Shown: positions 1 through 15,823 of the stretch, piece by piece
Numbering within the stretch: the stretch's first letter is position 1
Layout: every line of letters starts with the position of its first letter
Translations under genes and position numbers: made by a program
Source of the DNA: the human T2T-CHM13v2.0 reference genome, Homo sapiens
Strand: one strand, 5' to 3'
NCBI RefSeq assembly: GCF_009914755.1
Contig: NC_060929.1
Length of the DNA: 64,000 bases
The notes under the pieces: generated by a model
Told to the model about the DNA's origin: nothing
Database searches by the model: none
Seen by the model: only the letters and a program-made list of their open reading frames with translations

Positions 1-300
1 TTCTACTTTTAAGTTAGAAACAATCCAAATATCAACAGTAGAATGGATAAATTGTGGTATAACCATGCAATGAAATGCTATCAAATAAAACCCCATAGGT
101 ACATGCAATGACACTGATGAAGCTCCAAAACTTGATGCTGAGCAAAAGATGGCAACCAAAACACAGTATGCAGTATATTACTGTTTTACATAAACTTCAA
201 AAATAACCTATGGAAGTCATGACACTGCTTACCAGGAGGAGCTGTGTTTTAATGAGAAGGGGCATGAGGAGGGCTTCTGGGGTCAATATTCTATTCTTTA
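1..300 (+). mobile_element. Ancient L1 (L1ME-like) 3' fragment
   Basis: Resembles old L1 3' end: 'gaaacaatccaaatatcaacagtagaatggataaattgtggtat...gctgagcaaaaga'. Highly diverged. Confidence 0.6.
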
Positions 301-1599
301 TAACATCAACTCTGAAGATAGAAAAGGTTTCTCAGGGCCTGCTATATATTGAACACTGGTGTATGAATGGCCATTAGACTGTTCACTGTATAACTTATAA
401 TTTAAAGGCAAAAGAATGGGGATACACAACAAGGTATTTAAGTTCAAGGTCCCAGGCTTGGTTGCTTTCTTATGCTGATATAATCCATTTGTGTCAGCCT
501 TTCATCAAATTTGTAACCAAACTGCAACTATGTATGGTGATTTGGGGCATCAGAAGCTGCATCTGAACACCTGAAGTCTCTGTGATGATGCTGCAGTTAG
601 TCCTTGATCTGCATCTTTTTTTTAAGCTAAATAAATTTGGTGCTGCATAAGCCTAATTGTGTTTTGAGAGTTTGGTCGGGGATTCAAACTGACACACCCC
701 CTCCAGAAGCCTTGTAGATTGGGAAGTTGCATGCTTATGTCTCCTTTGTGGTAATTAGCTGATTTGTGTACTTTTCTATGTGTGTTTTCACTTCAGTGTA
801 AAAGTGTATGAAAATTAAATAGCCTTCAGGTCCCAGGCTGAACCTTCCCATTTCCATGTAGTGCTGTCTGATTACCACAAGAAAACCAGGGTAGAGGAGT
901 AAGAGTTTATGATGCAAGATACATAGATACACACCCACTCAATATATACAGACATGTATGTCTGTGTATCGCCACTGCTTAGAATAGTAGTTATTCCCAA
1001 GAGATTAACCTCAAAATGTGTAACTAAAGATTTCCACAGTTTCTGCCTTTTTCTTTTGAGAGTTTTATATCTCCTTTGTCTATAACGATACTACAAGTTA
1101 GCCATTTTTTCAGATTTTCATTATGGAACTTTTGTCAGTTGGTGGACACTGTTTCATTGCAATGAAGCATTTTCCCAATTCACAGGAGTTAGAAATTAAA
1201 AAAGAAAAGATCAAGGAGGGTGAGTTGATTAGGAGATGCAAGACAGTTGGCAAGTCCCCCTCACTAAGTTATTATTTAAGGCAGACCAGACTTAAGACAT
1301 AAGAAAGTCCAAGCCACGCCCCTACAGATTTTTAAATTTCTACCTGACACAGACATGGTTGCCATAAAAAGTAATAACACTGATTACAAAATCTACAAAT
1401 GTCAATAAGTCTAGACAATGATGACAGTTTTATCCATTTCTTGTCTTGCCTAAGCAAGTACAAGTCACCTAAGGTCAGCTTTGTTCCTAGCAAGCATTGA
1501 ATAAATTGTAACAAAATAAGTAAAATGAATGAAAATGGGCTATGTTTATTTATTTTTAACTTATTTAATTCTGGAACATCAAGAATTCTGTCAGGATGA

Positions 1600-1752
1600 A
1601 CAAATGCTTAAGATAACACTTGTAAACTGGGACTGTCCTGTCTAGCCAGAATGTATGGTCAGTCTACACCCGACCCATGTAATTTTTATATAGTATCTCT
1701 TTTACTTCCAAAGTGTTCCAGAGTGAACAGAAGTTTAGCTGGTTATTCTATT
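1600..1752. mobile_element. hAT-Blackjack MITE remnants (MER94/MER81-like)
   Basis: 'ctgggactgtcctg...gtatggtcagtcta' and 'cttttacttccaaagtgttcc...ggttattcta' resemble MER94-type termini. Confidence 0.4.
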
Positions 1753-1784
1753 CAAAGAAATGCTTTCCCATCACTTAGCTGTAA

Positions 1785-2162
1785 CTAGAATAATATCATG
1801 TAAAAAGCAACCATAATTTGTCAGTGGCATAGAATAAATGTTTAGCTGACAAGCATGTGTATTGGTTTGTAGGTAGCTAATTTAAGCTGGAGTGACTCAA
1901 CTGCATCTCTTTCTCATCCTCCTTCTTAGACTCAGTGGTCTAACATGGGCTGTTTCTTATGCTGATGGCAGAGAGCAAGACCAAATGCACAACACTCCCC
2001 AAGCTTTTGATCACATCTCACCCACTAATGTTCTGTTGACTAAAGCAAACCACATGGGACATTCAAGTTAAGAGGCAGAAAAATACAGCACACATTTTTG
2101 TGGAAGGAACCTGCAGTCATATGGAAAAGAACCTGAACCCAGGGAAGATGCAATCTACCACT
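1785..2162 (-). mobile_element. Old MaLR LTR (MLT1-type)
   Basis: Diverged MLT1-like motifs ending 'gcaatctacca'. Confidence 0.45.
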
Positions 2163-5149
2163 GCACTTCATAATTGCAAACAATTACCACCGTGTCTGAG
2201 AGGTCTATGAATGAGACCATCCTCACTGCAAGCTGGTAAGATGATTTCACTTGTCACTTCATACTCCAGTGTCTTTTGTAGATCCACGTGAGAGGAATTT
2301 TATCACAAGCTGAAGCTATCTGGCTCTTAAAAAGCAGTTAAGCCCAATAGATAACAAGTGGATTCCCAACAGATAAATAATGGAACATTGTGTGATGTTT
2401 TCCTCTTGAGAACCCTGTCTCAAATGCTGTCCACTGACGACTCACGAGTGCACCTGAGACGTCCTTGAACTAAGTGCAAGCCAATTTTTCATCTGATGAC
2501 TGTTACAGAACACTCACTCTCCACCCTGCCCCTCAGTGGACAGAAACAAAGGCAGAAGCCACAGAGCACAGCCTGGGGTACAGAAAGAAACACTCTGTCT
2601 TATAAACTCAACTAAACAGAACTGGAAAGTTAGCAAACTTCTCTCAAGCTTTATGAATTATGCTCCTTTGATAACTCTGAGCAAAACCCAATATTCACCT
2701 AACTGACATGTACCAGAGATCAGCAACATGCCATCAGGACCCTGTACTCTTCACTCCCGATGTAAGGAGCTGGATTTATATGGTATTCCTATGCTCACAC
2801 GCTGGATGATTCTTCCTTTGCCTTTCAAGGTAGAAACCGCCTGGCAGAGAGGAGCCTCTCTAGAAATGACTATCATCTTTTGCTCCTCTTCTTATTTCTT
2901 TTCCATGGGAAAGGTGAAAAGATGTATGTTTACATCTAAGAAGGTATCACTTTTCAAGGCTCTGGTACATTAGACAAGTACATACTGGGCCTCATAGCTG
3001 ATCACTGTACTTTAACAGGCAGAAATAACTATCCAGAAATCACCAGGTCAAATCAGATGGAATAATTGGAGCAAGCAGATGAGTAATCAAGTTAAGTTCT
3101 ACCATCAGGTTGAATGAGACATGAGCCCACGGGGTTGTGTGTCCGTTTCCTCATCTGTCCTAGATTATATTAGACTCTTCATGACTCCTTTCAATAATTT
3201 CTGAATTTATGAAGTCAGTAATAATAAATTCACAATGCACTGTCAAATATGAATGCCCTAGTTTCACTGGGAAATAAATACTCAGTTTCCATGCAATCTT
3301 GGACAAGAAGAATGGTACTAATACTTCTTAGAATATTTTCTTCCTTCTTAGCATCTTCCTATTAATTTTCTAAAGCACACTTACCACTCCCTGATTATGA
3401 ACTTCTTTTCTGTCACTAAGGTGAAAATAGTAGCTCATCTTACATAACTCCTTTTTGGAGCATGGAGAATGTAAAAGAATGAATGAATAAAAGAACAACA
3501 TTATCTCAGTGCCATGGCAGAAACAAGAATGTTGCACCAGACATCCTCCATCCTCTACTTTAACATTAATTTATTCAAACATTTATGGAGCTAGGCATTC
3601 AGTACAAGTTTCAGAGACTGCAAAGATGAATACAGAAAAAGAGAAATACTTGTTTCAAACAGTTCTGAATCTAATAGGCAGATAAATTCACAAAAAAGAC
3701 CATTCAGCTATAGTAGTGTCATACATGTTGTAGTAAAGATTCATTCAAAGGTCACAAAGACCCAAAGAATGGAAGACCTAACTGTAAATAACTTTTCGAA
3801 CAATAATTAACACTCCTATATTGGGTAATGCTTTACAAAATCATTGATGTCAATTATTTGATTTTCCAAAGTCTTGTGATGAAGATATGCGTGCTTTCAT
3901 TACCATCCTCCTTTTGTAGAAAAACAAAGGCTGAGAGATATTTAATATCTCACTTTTAGATGTTATTGGAATTATACAGATGATATACTATAAAAAATCC
4001 ATAGAGACCGTCTTAACCTTTAACCCAGCAATTCCACTCCTAGGAATTCAGCCTACCTGGCCTCCTGAGTATATAGTATAATATCCTGGGTCAAGGGTAT
4101 CAAATATTAGAATGAAATTTCTAATGATCAGACTGATGACATATAAGCATGGAAATATTCTTGATTGCCTAAAAACTACAATCAGTTATCTCAATTCTGT
4201 TAACATATTAAACTTCCTGTAGACCAAAACAAGGTAGATTATGTGTAATACAAATATTTTCTAACAAAGATAAACATAGGAATGACTCCTTGTCATTAAA
4301 TGATTGTGCTACTAAAAATAATGAACATAAAATGTATTTATAAAAATATGTATTCCCTAACAGCCATTTTAATCACTTATTATACTCAATTACAAACAAA
4401 AATTAATATTTTAGATAACACTGTTTCCCAACCTGCATATATATTTTTCCCAACTTGTATTTATGTATGTTATTTTTCAGATCCTTAGAAACTCATCTTC
4501 CACATTATTCACGAGGAGCAATCACTTTGATTATTGATCTTTTCCCATAAAATCATATTTATTTCCTTCTACATTATACTCTTCACTTTCTTACTCCAGA
4601 TTTTAATCATAGTTTCTAAAATCTTTGAGAGAAAAATCACAACATTTGAAGGGAAGAAAGAAAAATATTATCTCCCTCACCTAAATTATATCATGCTAAG
4701 AAAACTACAAAAATTTTAAACACATTCATGTTCAATGCCACTGCTTTAATCATAACTTACAATAAAAGAAACATTGTGATATGCAGTGCTGTGCTCTGCT
4801 TTAAGTAAATCTGGCAGGTATAAATTAATAGTTTGCATTACAATAAAATTCTCTACTCTCAGTGAAAACTTCCTTATTTCACTGAAACGTTGGTACTCTG
4901 GATAATTAAGCACCAGACAAAAAAGGGGAGGAATGGGAAGATAAAAGCCATATTTTAATTAATTAGTAAAAAAGACAAATATTCTTTAAAATTACACTGT
5001 AAGTCAATAATACCAAATTTACACATGCACACAGAAAAAACGTGCTTTACCTCAAATTTTCAAACCTTTATCTATTACATAAAATAAATTATAACTTTGT
5101 AAATATGTTAGTATTATTTTTCAGCAATTTCACAGTATTATTAATAATT

Positions 5150-5350
5150 TTAATTGAGTGCTTATTTTCTGCCATCTATAGTGCCAAGTATTTTACGTAT
5201 CATCTACTTTTCACAATTCTTACTATAACAGAAGAGGAAATAATCACAAGTTAGTTGATATGTCCAAGATTACATAGCCAACAAGAAAAGAAGTGAGGAT
5301 TTCAAGCCAGCTTTAACTAATTCCAAGTAGTGTGTCATTTTCACCACAAT
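5150..5350. mobile_element. MIR SINE remnant
   Basis: MIR core-like 'tgagtgcttatt...gtgccaag...gaagaggaaa...tccaagattacatagcca...ggatttcaagcc'. Confidence 0.55.
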
Positions 5351-5611
5351 GAACAACTCCTATGTATGCGGGTACTGTATACAAATGTCTGTGTGTGTTT
5401 TATGTGTTTTTCCTTTATTTCTTTTATCAGAGGCTACAATTTTAGACTTGTGATTACTTAATTAACATTTGTTATGTTTCTATTAGATTACAGGGGCAGG
5501 AATATTTTGCTTACTATTGTTTCCATCATCTAGGAAATGAGCACATAGCACATAGTAAGTGCTCAATAAGTATTCTTTCATGATTTGTTCAAAAGATGCA
5601 GGCTGGTAATC

Positions 5612-5773
5612 TTTTTTTTTTTTTTTTTTTTAACACACTCTCACACTGTCTTCCAGGCTAGAGTGCAGTGGTGTGATCAGGGCTCATTGCAGTTTCAGCC
5701 TCAACTTCCCAAGACTCAGGTGATCCTCTCACCTGAGCATCCACGTCCCCTTGGTGAGCCACCTCGCCCAGCC
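5612..5773 (-). mobile_element. Alu monomer (FRAM/AluJ-like) with small internal deletion
   Basis: Poly-T followed by 'caggctagagtgcagtggtgtgatc...gtgagccacctcgcccagcc'; single-arm length. Confidence 0.8.
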
Positions 5774-6619
5774 ATAGGCCAGTATTCTATGAACTATATT
5801 ATGATCCTGCTGTTGGAATACCACTAAGGATTTAAGACCTTACAAAACTGCTAATTCACCTTCAAAAGGACCCAAAAGATGCAAGAACAATGACAAAATA
5901 AATTACCACCATCATGCATTAGAGAGAGAATTTGACTGGTTTCAGAGGAACTGCATGAGAAAACACAATTCCAGTACTTGTGTCATTTTAAGAAATAATA
6001 TATTGATTTCAGAGTAAGCAAATTACTCCTCAAATTTCTAGACTGGAGAATTACATTCACTAGACATATTAAAAGCTGGAAAATTGGAGTTTACAAGTTC
6101 AATGTGTCAGTTTCCCTGATGCATGTCCCCCTTTGGCATAACACAGCATTAGCTTCATACTTTTCTCTTTTCTAGTCAGATTGGAAAGAAAAACGATCTT
6201 TTATTTAGCCATTAAATATAATGTCCACTGTCAGAGCAAGGGAAGCAACAAATGGGCGCATGATTAAGTACTGGCAGCCCTTTTAACTTTGAAAGCCTCT
6301 TTCCAGGGGCTCACGTGGCCATAACTCTCCCAGTCTGGAACCACTTTGGCAATGATGATTTTTAAAGAAGGGTTATTAATAATTCCTCAACTTTTGATAA
6401 TTTACCTCTTTGAAAAACCATGTGTAAACTTACTGGCCCAGACATAGTGAATAGCATTTTCGAAACTATCTGGCAATGCTCTCTGGCAAGCACAAATGAA
6501 CATCTCTAGGAAAGTGATTTGCATTCTGCTTACAGAGGTAGTGGCTGATGGCGATAATTCTGTAGAAAACTTATTTTCACTAAGATATGACTATATTATA
6601 TTCAATAATACTGTATTTA

Positions 6620-6790
6620 TTACTTTAATTCCTCCAACCATCCTGGCAGACAGATAGAATAGGATCCTCTTTTACAGGTGAGGAAACAATGATTCAGAGA
6701 AGTGAAATAAATTTTCCAGGACACAGAGCTATGTAGTAGGAGAACCCATATTCAAACCAGAAAGCCTAGTTCTTTCCATGATTCTGCCTA
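6620..6790. mobile_element. MIR SINE remnant
   Basis: MIR core 'tttacaggtgaggaaacaatgattcagagaagtgaaataa...ttcaaacc'. Confidence 0.65.
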
Positions 6791-7054
6791 CTCACTCTTC
6801 TGAATTGGGTTTGCAAACAGTATTATCCTCCCATCACACAGTGCCCTTTGCTGTTGTCACTTTTGTAGAAAGTTATATTTTCTCAGACTCCAGTCTGCCA
6901 GGCTGGAAGAATGTAAACTGCTTTTACAGGGCACTTGTCAGGGCCATTTTTCCATAAAAATCTTTATAGGGAGCATGAAGCTCAGCAAACACGTTTACCA
7001 CATACTGTAGACACACGTGGTCCAATTGTGATTCTTTGGAAAGCTCTAACAGGA

Positions 7055-7405
7055 TGCGTTAGTCCGTTTTCACATTGCTCTAAAGAAATACCCGAGATTG
7101 GGTAATTTATAAGGGAAAGAAGCTTAACTGGCTCATAGTTCCACATGGCTCAGGAGGCCACAGGAAACTTACAATCATGGTGGAAAATGAAGCAGGCACA
7201 TCTTACATGGCGGCAGGTGAGAGAGAGAGCATGTGAAAGTGCAGGAAAAACTACACTTTATAAAACCGTCAGATCTGGTGAGAATTCACTATCACTTGAA
7301 AAGCATGGAGATGGCCCCCATGTTCCAGTCACTTCCCTCCCTCAACATGTGGGGATTACAATTCAAGATGAGATTTGGGTGAGGACACAGAGCCAAACCA
7401 TATCG
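7055..7405 (-). mobile_element. MaLR solo LTR (MSTA-like)
   Basis: Runs 'tgcgttagtccgttttcacattgct...agccaaaccatatcg'. 5-bp TSD cagga at 7050-7054 and 7406-7410. Confidence 0.85.
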
Positions 7406-7619
7406 CAGGAATAACTGCAGTCTTAATTAGAAAAGAGGATCAGTTTGGGTCAATTGTGACAGTATTGTTCATAATTGTAAAAAAAATAAATAAAACCAAA
7501 CAGATGTCCATCAAAAGTAGAATGAACAAATTATTTCAAATGCTTCATTTAATTGAATATAATAGAGGAATTTATATGAAATACAACTATTGCACTAAAA
7601 TATACCAATGGCCTTAATG

Positions 7620-8180
7620 TGTGATAATGCTAGGAAATAGACCAAAATGCCACTGGGGTACCCAGATATTTGGTTAAACGTTATTTTGTATCTGTCTGTA
7701 AGGGTGTTTTTGGATGAAATTAACATTTGAATAGTGTCTGTGTTGCCACGAAGAAGTACCCAAGGGGCTGGGTATTTTGTAAAGAAAAGAGGTTTATTTG
7801 GGTCACAGTTCTGAAGGCTGTACAAGAAGCATAGTGCCAGCATCTGCATCTGGTGAGGGCCTGGGAAGATTACACTCATGGCAGAAGAAGAAGGGGAGCC
7901 AACGCATTACATGATGAGAGAAAGAGCAAAACACAGAGGGAGGAGGTGCCAGGCTTCTCTAAACAACCAGATCTCATGTGAACTCAGAGTGAGAATTCAC
8001 TCATTACCACAAGGACAGCACCAAGCCATTCATGAGGTATCTGCCCCCATGACCCAAACACCTCCTATTAGGCCCACTTCCAACAGTGGAAGTCACATTT
8101 CAACATGAAATTTGGAGAATACAAAACATCCAAACCATATTAAATAGGTATACTGACTAAAGCAGACTACCCTCCCTAGT
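7620..8180 (+). mobile_element. MLT2 (ERVL) LTR 5' portion, interrupted by an MST LTR and truncated at ~8180
   Basis: 'ggtacccagatatttggttaaacgttatt...gatgaaattaacatttgaatag' resumes after the MST as 'gtatactgactaaagcagactaccctccc'. Confidence 0.75.
7735..8142 (-). mobile_element. MaLR solo LTR (MSTB-like) nested in MLT2
   Basis: Contains 'cagcatctgcatctggtgagggc' and ends 'tccaaaccatatta'. TSD aatag at 7730-7734 and 8143-8147. Confidence 0.85.
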
Positions 8181-10216
<2,036 letters not shown>

Positions 10217-10586
10217 TTATGGCCATTCTTGCAGTCGTGAGGGAGTACTGCATTGTGGTTTTGATTTGCATTTCCCTGATCATTAGCGATGTTGAGCATT
10301 TTTTCACATGTTTGTTGGCCATTTGTATATCTTCTTTGGAGAATTGTCTATTCATGTCCTTAGCCCACTTTTTGAAGGGATTGTTTGCTTTTTTTCTTAC
10401 TGCCTTGTTTGAGTTCATTGTAGTTTCCGGATATTAGTCCTTTGTCAGGTGTATAGAGTGTGAAGATTTCTCCCAATCTTGTGGGTTGTCTGTTTACTCT
10501 GCTGAGTCTGTTCCTTTTTCTATGCAAAAGCTCTTTAGATTAATTAAGTCCCAACTAGTTATCTTTGTTTTTATTGCATTTGCGTT
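10217..10586 (-). mobile_element. Older L1 (L1PB-like) ORF2 3' fragment
   Basis: Minus-strand ORF 10191-10418 '[25 protein letters not shown]' is the L1 ORF2 C-terminal region. Confidence 0.8.
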
Positions 10587-10654
10587 CACACGACAAAATT
10601 GTCCAATGATGCATTTATCTGAATATATCCCTGTCACTAAGCAGTGAATGACTG
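10585..10654 (+). mobile_element. Tigger3/MER7-like DNA transposon right terminus (orphan)
   Basis: 'aaaattgtccaatgatgcatttatctgaatatatccctgtcactaagcagtgaatgactg' resembles the Tigger3 end '...CGTTAAGCGACGCATGACTG'. Confidence 0.65.
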
Positions 10655-10919
10655 AATATATAAAATGGCTTTGATACTGATTTTCCCTAGTTCATATGAA
10701 AATAAAATTCTAGTATAATTAAAACTAAGAATTTCTTCACACCCAGTGTTGTGATAGAGTTCACTTCCAGAGGATTAACCACCAGAAATATACCCAGTGA
10801 ATTCCTTAGCATGAGACCACCTACTTGCTAATAATGTATTTAGATGTCATACAAAATATTTTGGAATCAGGTGCAACATTTACTATTTTGTAATTAATTT
10901 ACTAAATTTTATGAAGCTG

Positions 10920-12843
10920 AATTTTATTTTTGTATAAATTTATGGAGTAGAAGTGGAATTTTATTACATGCATAGATTTCCTAGTGGTGAAGTCAGGGGT
11001 TTTAGTGTATCCATCACCTAAATAACGTACATAGTACCCTTTAAGTAAATTCTCATCATCCAGCCCCCTCCCACACTTTCACCCTTCCAAGTCTCCATAG
11101 TCTATCATTCCAGACTCTATGTATTTGCATACGCATTTAGCTTCCACTTATGAGTGAGAACATACAATATTTGTCTTTCTGTATCTGGCTTGCTTCACTG
11201 AAGATAATAGCCTCCAGTTCCATCCATGTTGCTGTGAAAGACTTAATTTCATTCTTTTTTATGGCTGAATAGTATCCTGTTGTGTATATATACCACATTT
11301 TCTTTATTCAAGCATCCAGTGATAGACACATGTTGATTTCGTATCTTTGCTATTGTGAAAAGTGCTGTGATAACATATAAGTGCAGATATCTATGTAAAA
11401 TAATAATTTATTTTCCTTAGAGTAGATACCCAGTAGGGAAATTGCTGGATCAAATGGTAGTTCTATTTTTAGTTCTTTGAGGAATCTCCATACTGTGTTC
11501 CACAGAAGTTGGACTAATTTACATTCTCACCAACAGTGTATGAGTACCCTTATCTCTGCATCCTCGCCAACATCTGTTATTTATGTTTTTATAATAGCCA
11601 TTCTCACTGGGATGATACTCAATGTGGTTTTAATTTGCCTCAGAGGATTAGTGATGTTAAGCAATTTTTTTCATATAACTGTTAGTCATTTGTATGTCTT
11701 CTTTTGAAAACTGTCTATTCATATATTTTGCCCACTTTTTAATGGTGTTATTTGGGGTTATTTTGTTGAGTTCTTTGAATTATTTGTATATTCTGGATAT
11801 TAGACCCTTGCCAGGGGCATAGTTTGCAAATATCTTCTCCCATTCTGCAGGCTGTCTGTTCGCTCTGTTATTTCCTTTGCTGTACAGGAGCTTTTTAGTT
11901 TAATTAAGTCCCATTTGTCTATTTTTGTTTTTGTTACTTGTGCTTTTGAGGTCTTAGCCATGAATTATTTGCCTAGCCCAATGTCCAGAAGAGTTCTTTC
12001 CCTAGGTTTTCTCCCAGTAATTTTATAGTTTCAGGTCTTACATTTAAGTCTTTAATCCATCTTGAGATGATTTTCATATATGATGAAGGATGGCAGTTCA
12101 ATTTTATTCTTCTGTATATGGCAATCCAATTTTCCCAGCACCACCATTTATTAAAGAAACTTTCCTTTCCTCAGTTTATGTTCTTGTCAATTTTGTCAAA
12201 GATCAGTTTGCTGTAGATAGGTGGATTTATTTTGGGGTTTGCTATTCTTCCATTGTTCTATGTCTATTTTTATATCAGTACCATGCTGTTTGGGTTATTA
12301 CAGCTTTCTAGTATAATTTGACATCAGCTAACGTGATACCTCTGGCTTTGTTCTTTTTGCTTAGGATTCCTTTGGCTAATCGGGTTCTTTTATGGTTCCA
12401 TATGAATTTTAGAATAGTTGTTTCTAATTCTGTGAAAAATGACATTAGTATTTTAATAGAGATAGCACTCAATCTTTACATTGCTTTGGGTAGTATTATC
12501 CTTTTTACGATATTAATTCTTCTAATCCATGGGCATGGGATTTTTTTTTACATTTGTGCCCTGTTCAATTTCTTTCATCAGTGTTTTGCAGTTTTCCTTG
12601 TAGGCAATGTTCACCTTGTTGGTTAAATATATTCCTAGATATTTTTTGTAGCTATTGTAAATAAGATTGCCTCCCTGATTTCGTTCTCAGCTAGACTGTT
12701 ATTGGTCTATGGAAATGCTACTGATTTTTATACATTGATTTGTATCCTGAAACTTTACTGAATTCATTTATCAAATTTAAGAGTTTTTTGGTGGAGTCTT
12801 TAGGTTTTATAGATATAAGATCATATCCTCAGTGAACAGGGAT
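10920..12843 (-). mobile_element. 5'-truncated L1 (L1PB4/L1MA-like)
   Basis: Antisense 3'UTR 'tttatggagtagaagtg...tagtggtgaagtcagggg' followed by continuous antisense ORF2 sequence. Confidence 0.85.
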
Positions 12844-14004
12844 GTATGTTTTTCCCAGATATTCAACTTCAGAGCTTCTTACAGGCTAAAAACTGTAAGC
12901 ATATAAAGAAAGGATATTTATTGAATCACTATTCATAGTGGTGAACAATCTGAATAGTCAATAACAAGTAAATGGTTACATAAATTATGATGTATTTATT
13001 CTGCAGAATATAATGCAGACAGAAAAAGAACAAATTAGATGTATATTCACTCTCTAGAGGGCTATTTTATATGAATAAATGAAGAATGCAGCTGCAGAAA
13101 AACATATACATTAAAAATCTTTTTTTATAAACAATCCTATATCTGCATTTAAGCTTAAATGAGTAAAATTAGTAGTACAAAGTACACACTGGATTACCTT
13201 GAGGAGGTCAAACAGAAGTTTATTTAATTCTTTATACATTTTTTCTATCATTTTATATTATAAATAACCATGTGTTTTTTTGTACTTAAAAAAATTGTCA
13301 TGAAACATAATTATCTTTCCAAGAACAAGAAATAGCATAGTTATTACTTCAGGGTATGCCATTTTACCTTTTTATTTGCTTAAAATTTTTTTTTAATGAA
13401 TAAAGTTTTTATACTAATCATATGCACACACCTATTTAGTATTTAATGTGTAATTTTTAACCACATTGATTTTATTAAATGCCACTGTTTATAGGTGTAC
13501 AACAAAAGGTGATAGAACTTTTGAACAAATGTAGGTTTATACTCAAATTCACGAACCATTTTAGAAACACAGCCAACATACTGCCCATGAGTTCACTTCA
13601 TCAAAGCTTCTGTTGTTAACTCTTAATCAATCTTGTTGAAACTAATTAAAACAGCACTAGCTTTAATTGGTCTAAGCGGACCATAATTGATGTTCTAACA
13701 ACCAAGCATTTTAAGACAGAAACTCAAGGCCAACCTGGATCAGTTTTTAACAGAAGCCAGTTCAAGTTATGGCGTTTGTTGTAGATGGGTTGTTGCTCTG
13801 GGAATGTGATAAATATGAAGAAAAAAGGCAAAGCTTGAGATGATGTAACATTATTAGCCACACTCAGAAGTGCAGAAAACTATAAATGGATCTGTGCCCT
13901 TATAGCCACTTGGAGAAATAAGTATTCAGAAGGAGAACATGTTTGATGGATTTGGAATGCTACAGAAAAAAGCATACCTTCATTTGATTTGAAAACCACA
14001 CATT

Positions 14005-15515
14005 CTACTTTAAAGTTCATATGGAACCACAAAAGAGCCCACATTGCCAAGTCAATCCTAAGCCAAAAGAACAAAGCTGGAGGCATCAAGCTACCTGACT
14101 TAAAACTATACTACAAGGCTACAGTAACCAAAACAGCATGGTACTGGTACCAAAACAGAGATATAGACCAATGGAACAGAGCAGAGGCCTCAGAAATAAT
14201 GCCACATATCTACAACCATCTGATCTTTCACAAAGCTGACAAAAACAAGAAATGGGGAAAAGATTCACTATTTAATAAATGGTGTTGGGAAAACTGGCTA
14301 GCCATATGTAGAAAGCTGAAACTGGATCCCTTCCTTACACCTTATACAAAAATTAATTCAAGATGGATCAAAGACTTAAATGTTAGATCTAAAACCATAA
14401 AAACCCTAGAAGAAAACCTAGGCAATACCATTCAGGACATGGGCACGGGCAAGGACTTCATGTCTAAAACACCAAAAGCAATGGCAACAGAAGCCAAAAT
14501 TGACAAATGGGATCTAATTAAACTAAAGAGCTTCTGCACAGCAAAACAAACTGCCATCAGTGAACAGGCAACCTACAGAATGGGAGAAAATTTTTGCAAT
14601 CTACTCATCTGACAAAGGGCAAATATCCGGAATCTACAATGAACTCCAACAAATTTACAAGAAAAAAACAAACGACCCCATCAACAAGTGGGCGAAGGAT
14701 ATGAACAGACACTTCTCAAAAGAAGACATTTATGCAGCCAAAAGACACATGAAAAAATGCTCATCATCACTGGCCATCAGAGAAATGCAAATCAAAACCA
14801 CAATGACATACCATCTCACACCAGTTAGAATGGCAATCATTAAAAAGTCAGGAAACAAGTGCTGGAGGGATGTGGAGAAATAAGAACACTTTTACACTGT
14901 TGGTGGAACTGTAAACTAGTTCAACCATCGTAGAAGTCAATGTGGCAATTCCTTAGGGATCTAGAACTAGAAATACCATTTGACCCAGCAATCCCATTAC
15001 TGGGTATATACCCAAAGGATCATAAAACATGCTGCTATAAAGACACATGCACACGTTATGTTTATTGCGGCACTATTCACAATAGCAAAGACTTGGAACC
15101 AACCCAAATGTCCAACAATGACAGACTGGATTAAGAAAATGTGGCACATATACACCATGGAATACTATGCAGCCATAAAAAAGGGTGAGTTCATGTCCTT
15201 TGTAGGGACATGGATGAAGCTGGAAACCATCATTCTCAGCAAACTATTGCAAGGACAAAATACCAAACACTGCATGTTCTCACTCATAGGTGGGAACTGA
15301 ACAATGAGAACACATGGACACAGGAAGGGGAACATCACACACCGGGGCCTGTTGCAGGGTGGCAGGAGGGGGAGGGATAGCATTAGGAGACATACTTAAT
15401 GATAAATGATGAGTTAATGGGTGCAGCACACCAACATGGCACATGTATACATATGTAACTAACCTGCATGTTGTGCACATGTACCCTAAAACTTAAAGTA
15501 TAGTAATAAAAAAAA
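14005..15515 (+). mobile_element. 5'-truncated young L1PA (PA3-PA5-like)
   Basis: ORF2 C-terminal ORFs 13989-15300, canonical 3'UTR and poly-A. TSD gaaaaccacacatt (13991-14004) / gaaaacctcatatt (15516-15529). Confidence 0.92.
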
Positions 15516-15823
15516 GAAAACCTCATATTGAGAGCACAATATGTTCATTCATCTATTTATCCTACAAACATTTTTTAGAATTTAATTTTCATTGCCAAGC
15601 TCTGTACTGTCTCTAAGGACAAAGCAATAAAGAAGATTAACCCTGTCACCAGCCCTAATGCTGACATTTTAAGAAACACAAATTACCTCCCCTCCCTCAA
15701 GCTGTTTTACTGCCACCCACCTGAAAAGTGTTGTGAAAAATACACAAATCTAAGATAACTACAAATGTGAATGGTTACCCTGGAGTTCTGCAGTGCCTAA
15801 AGATCACAAAATCCTAGGGACCA

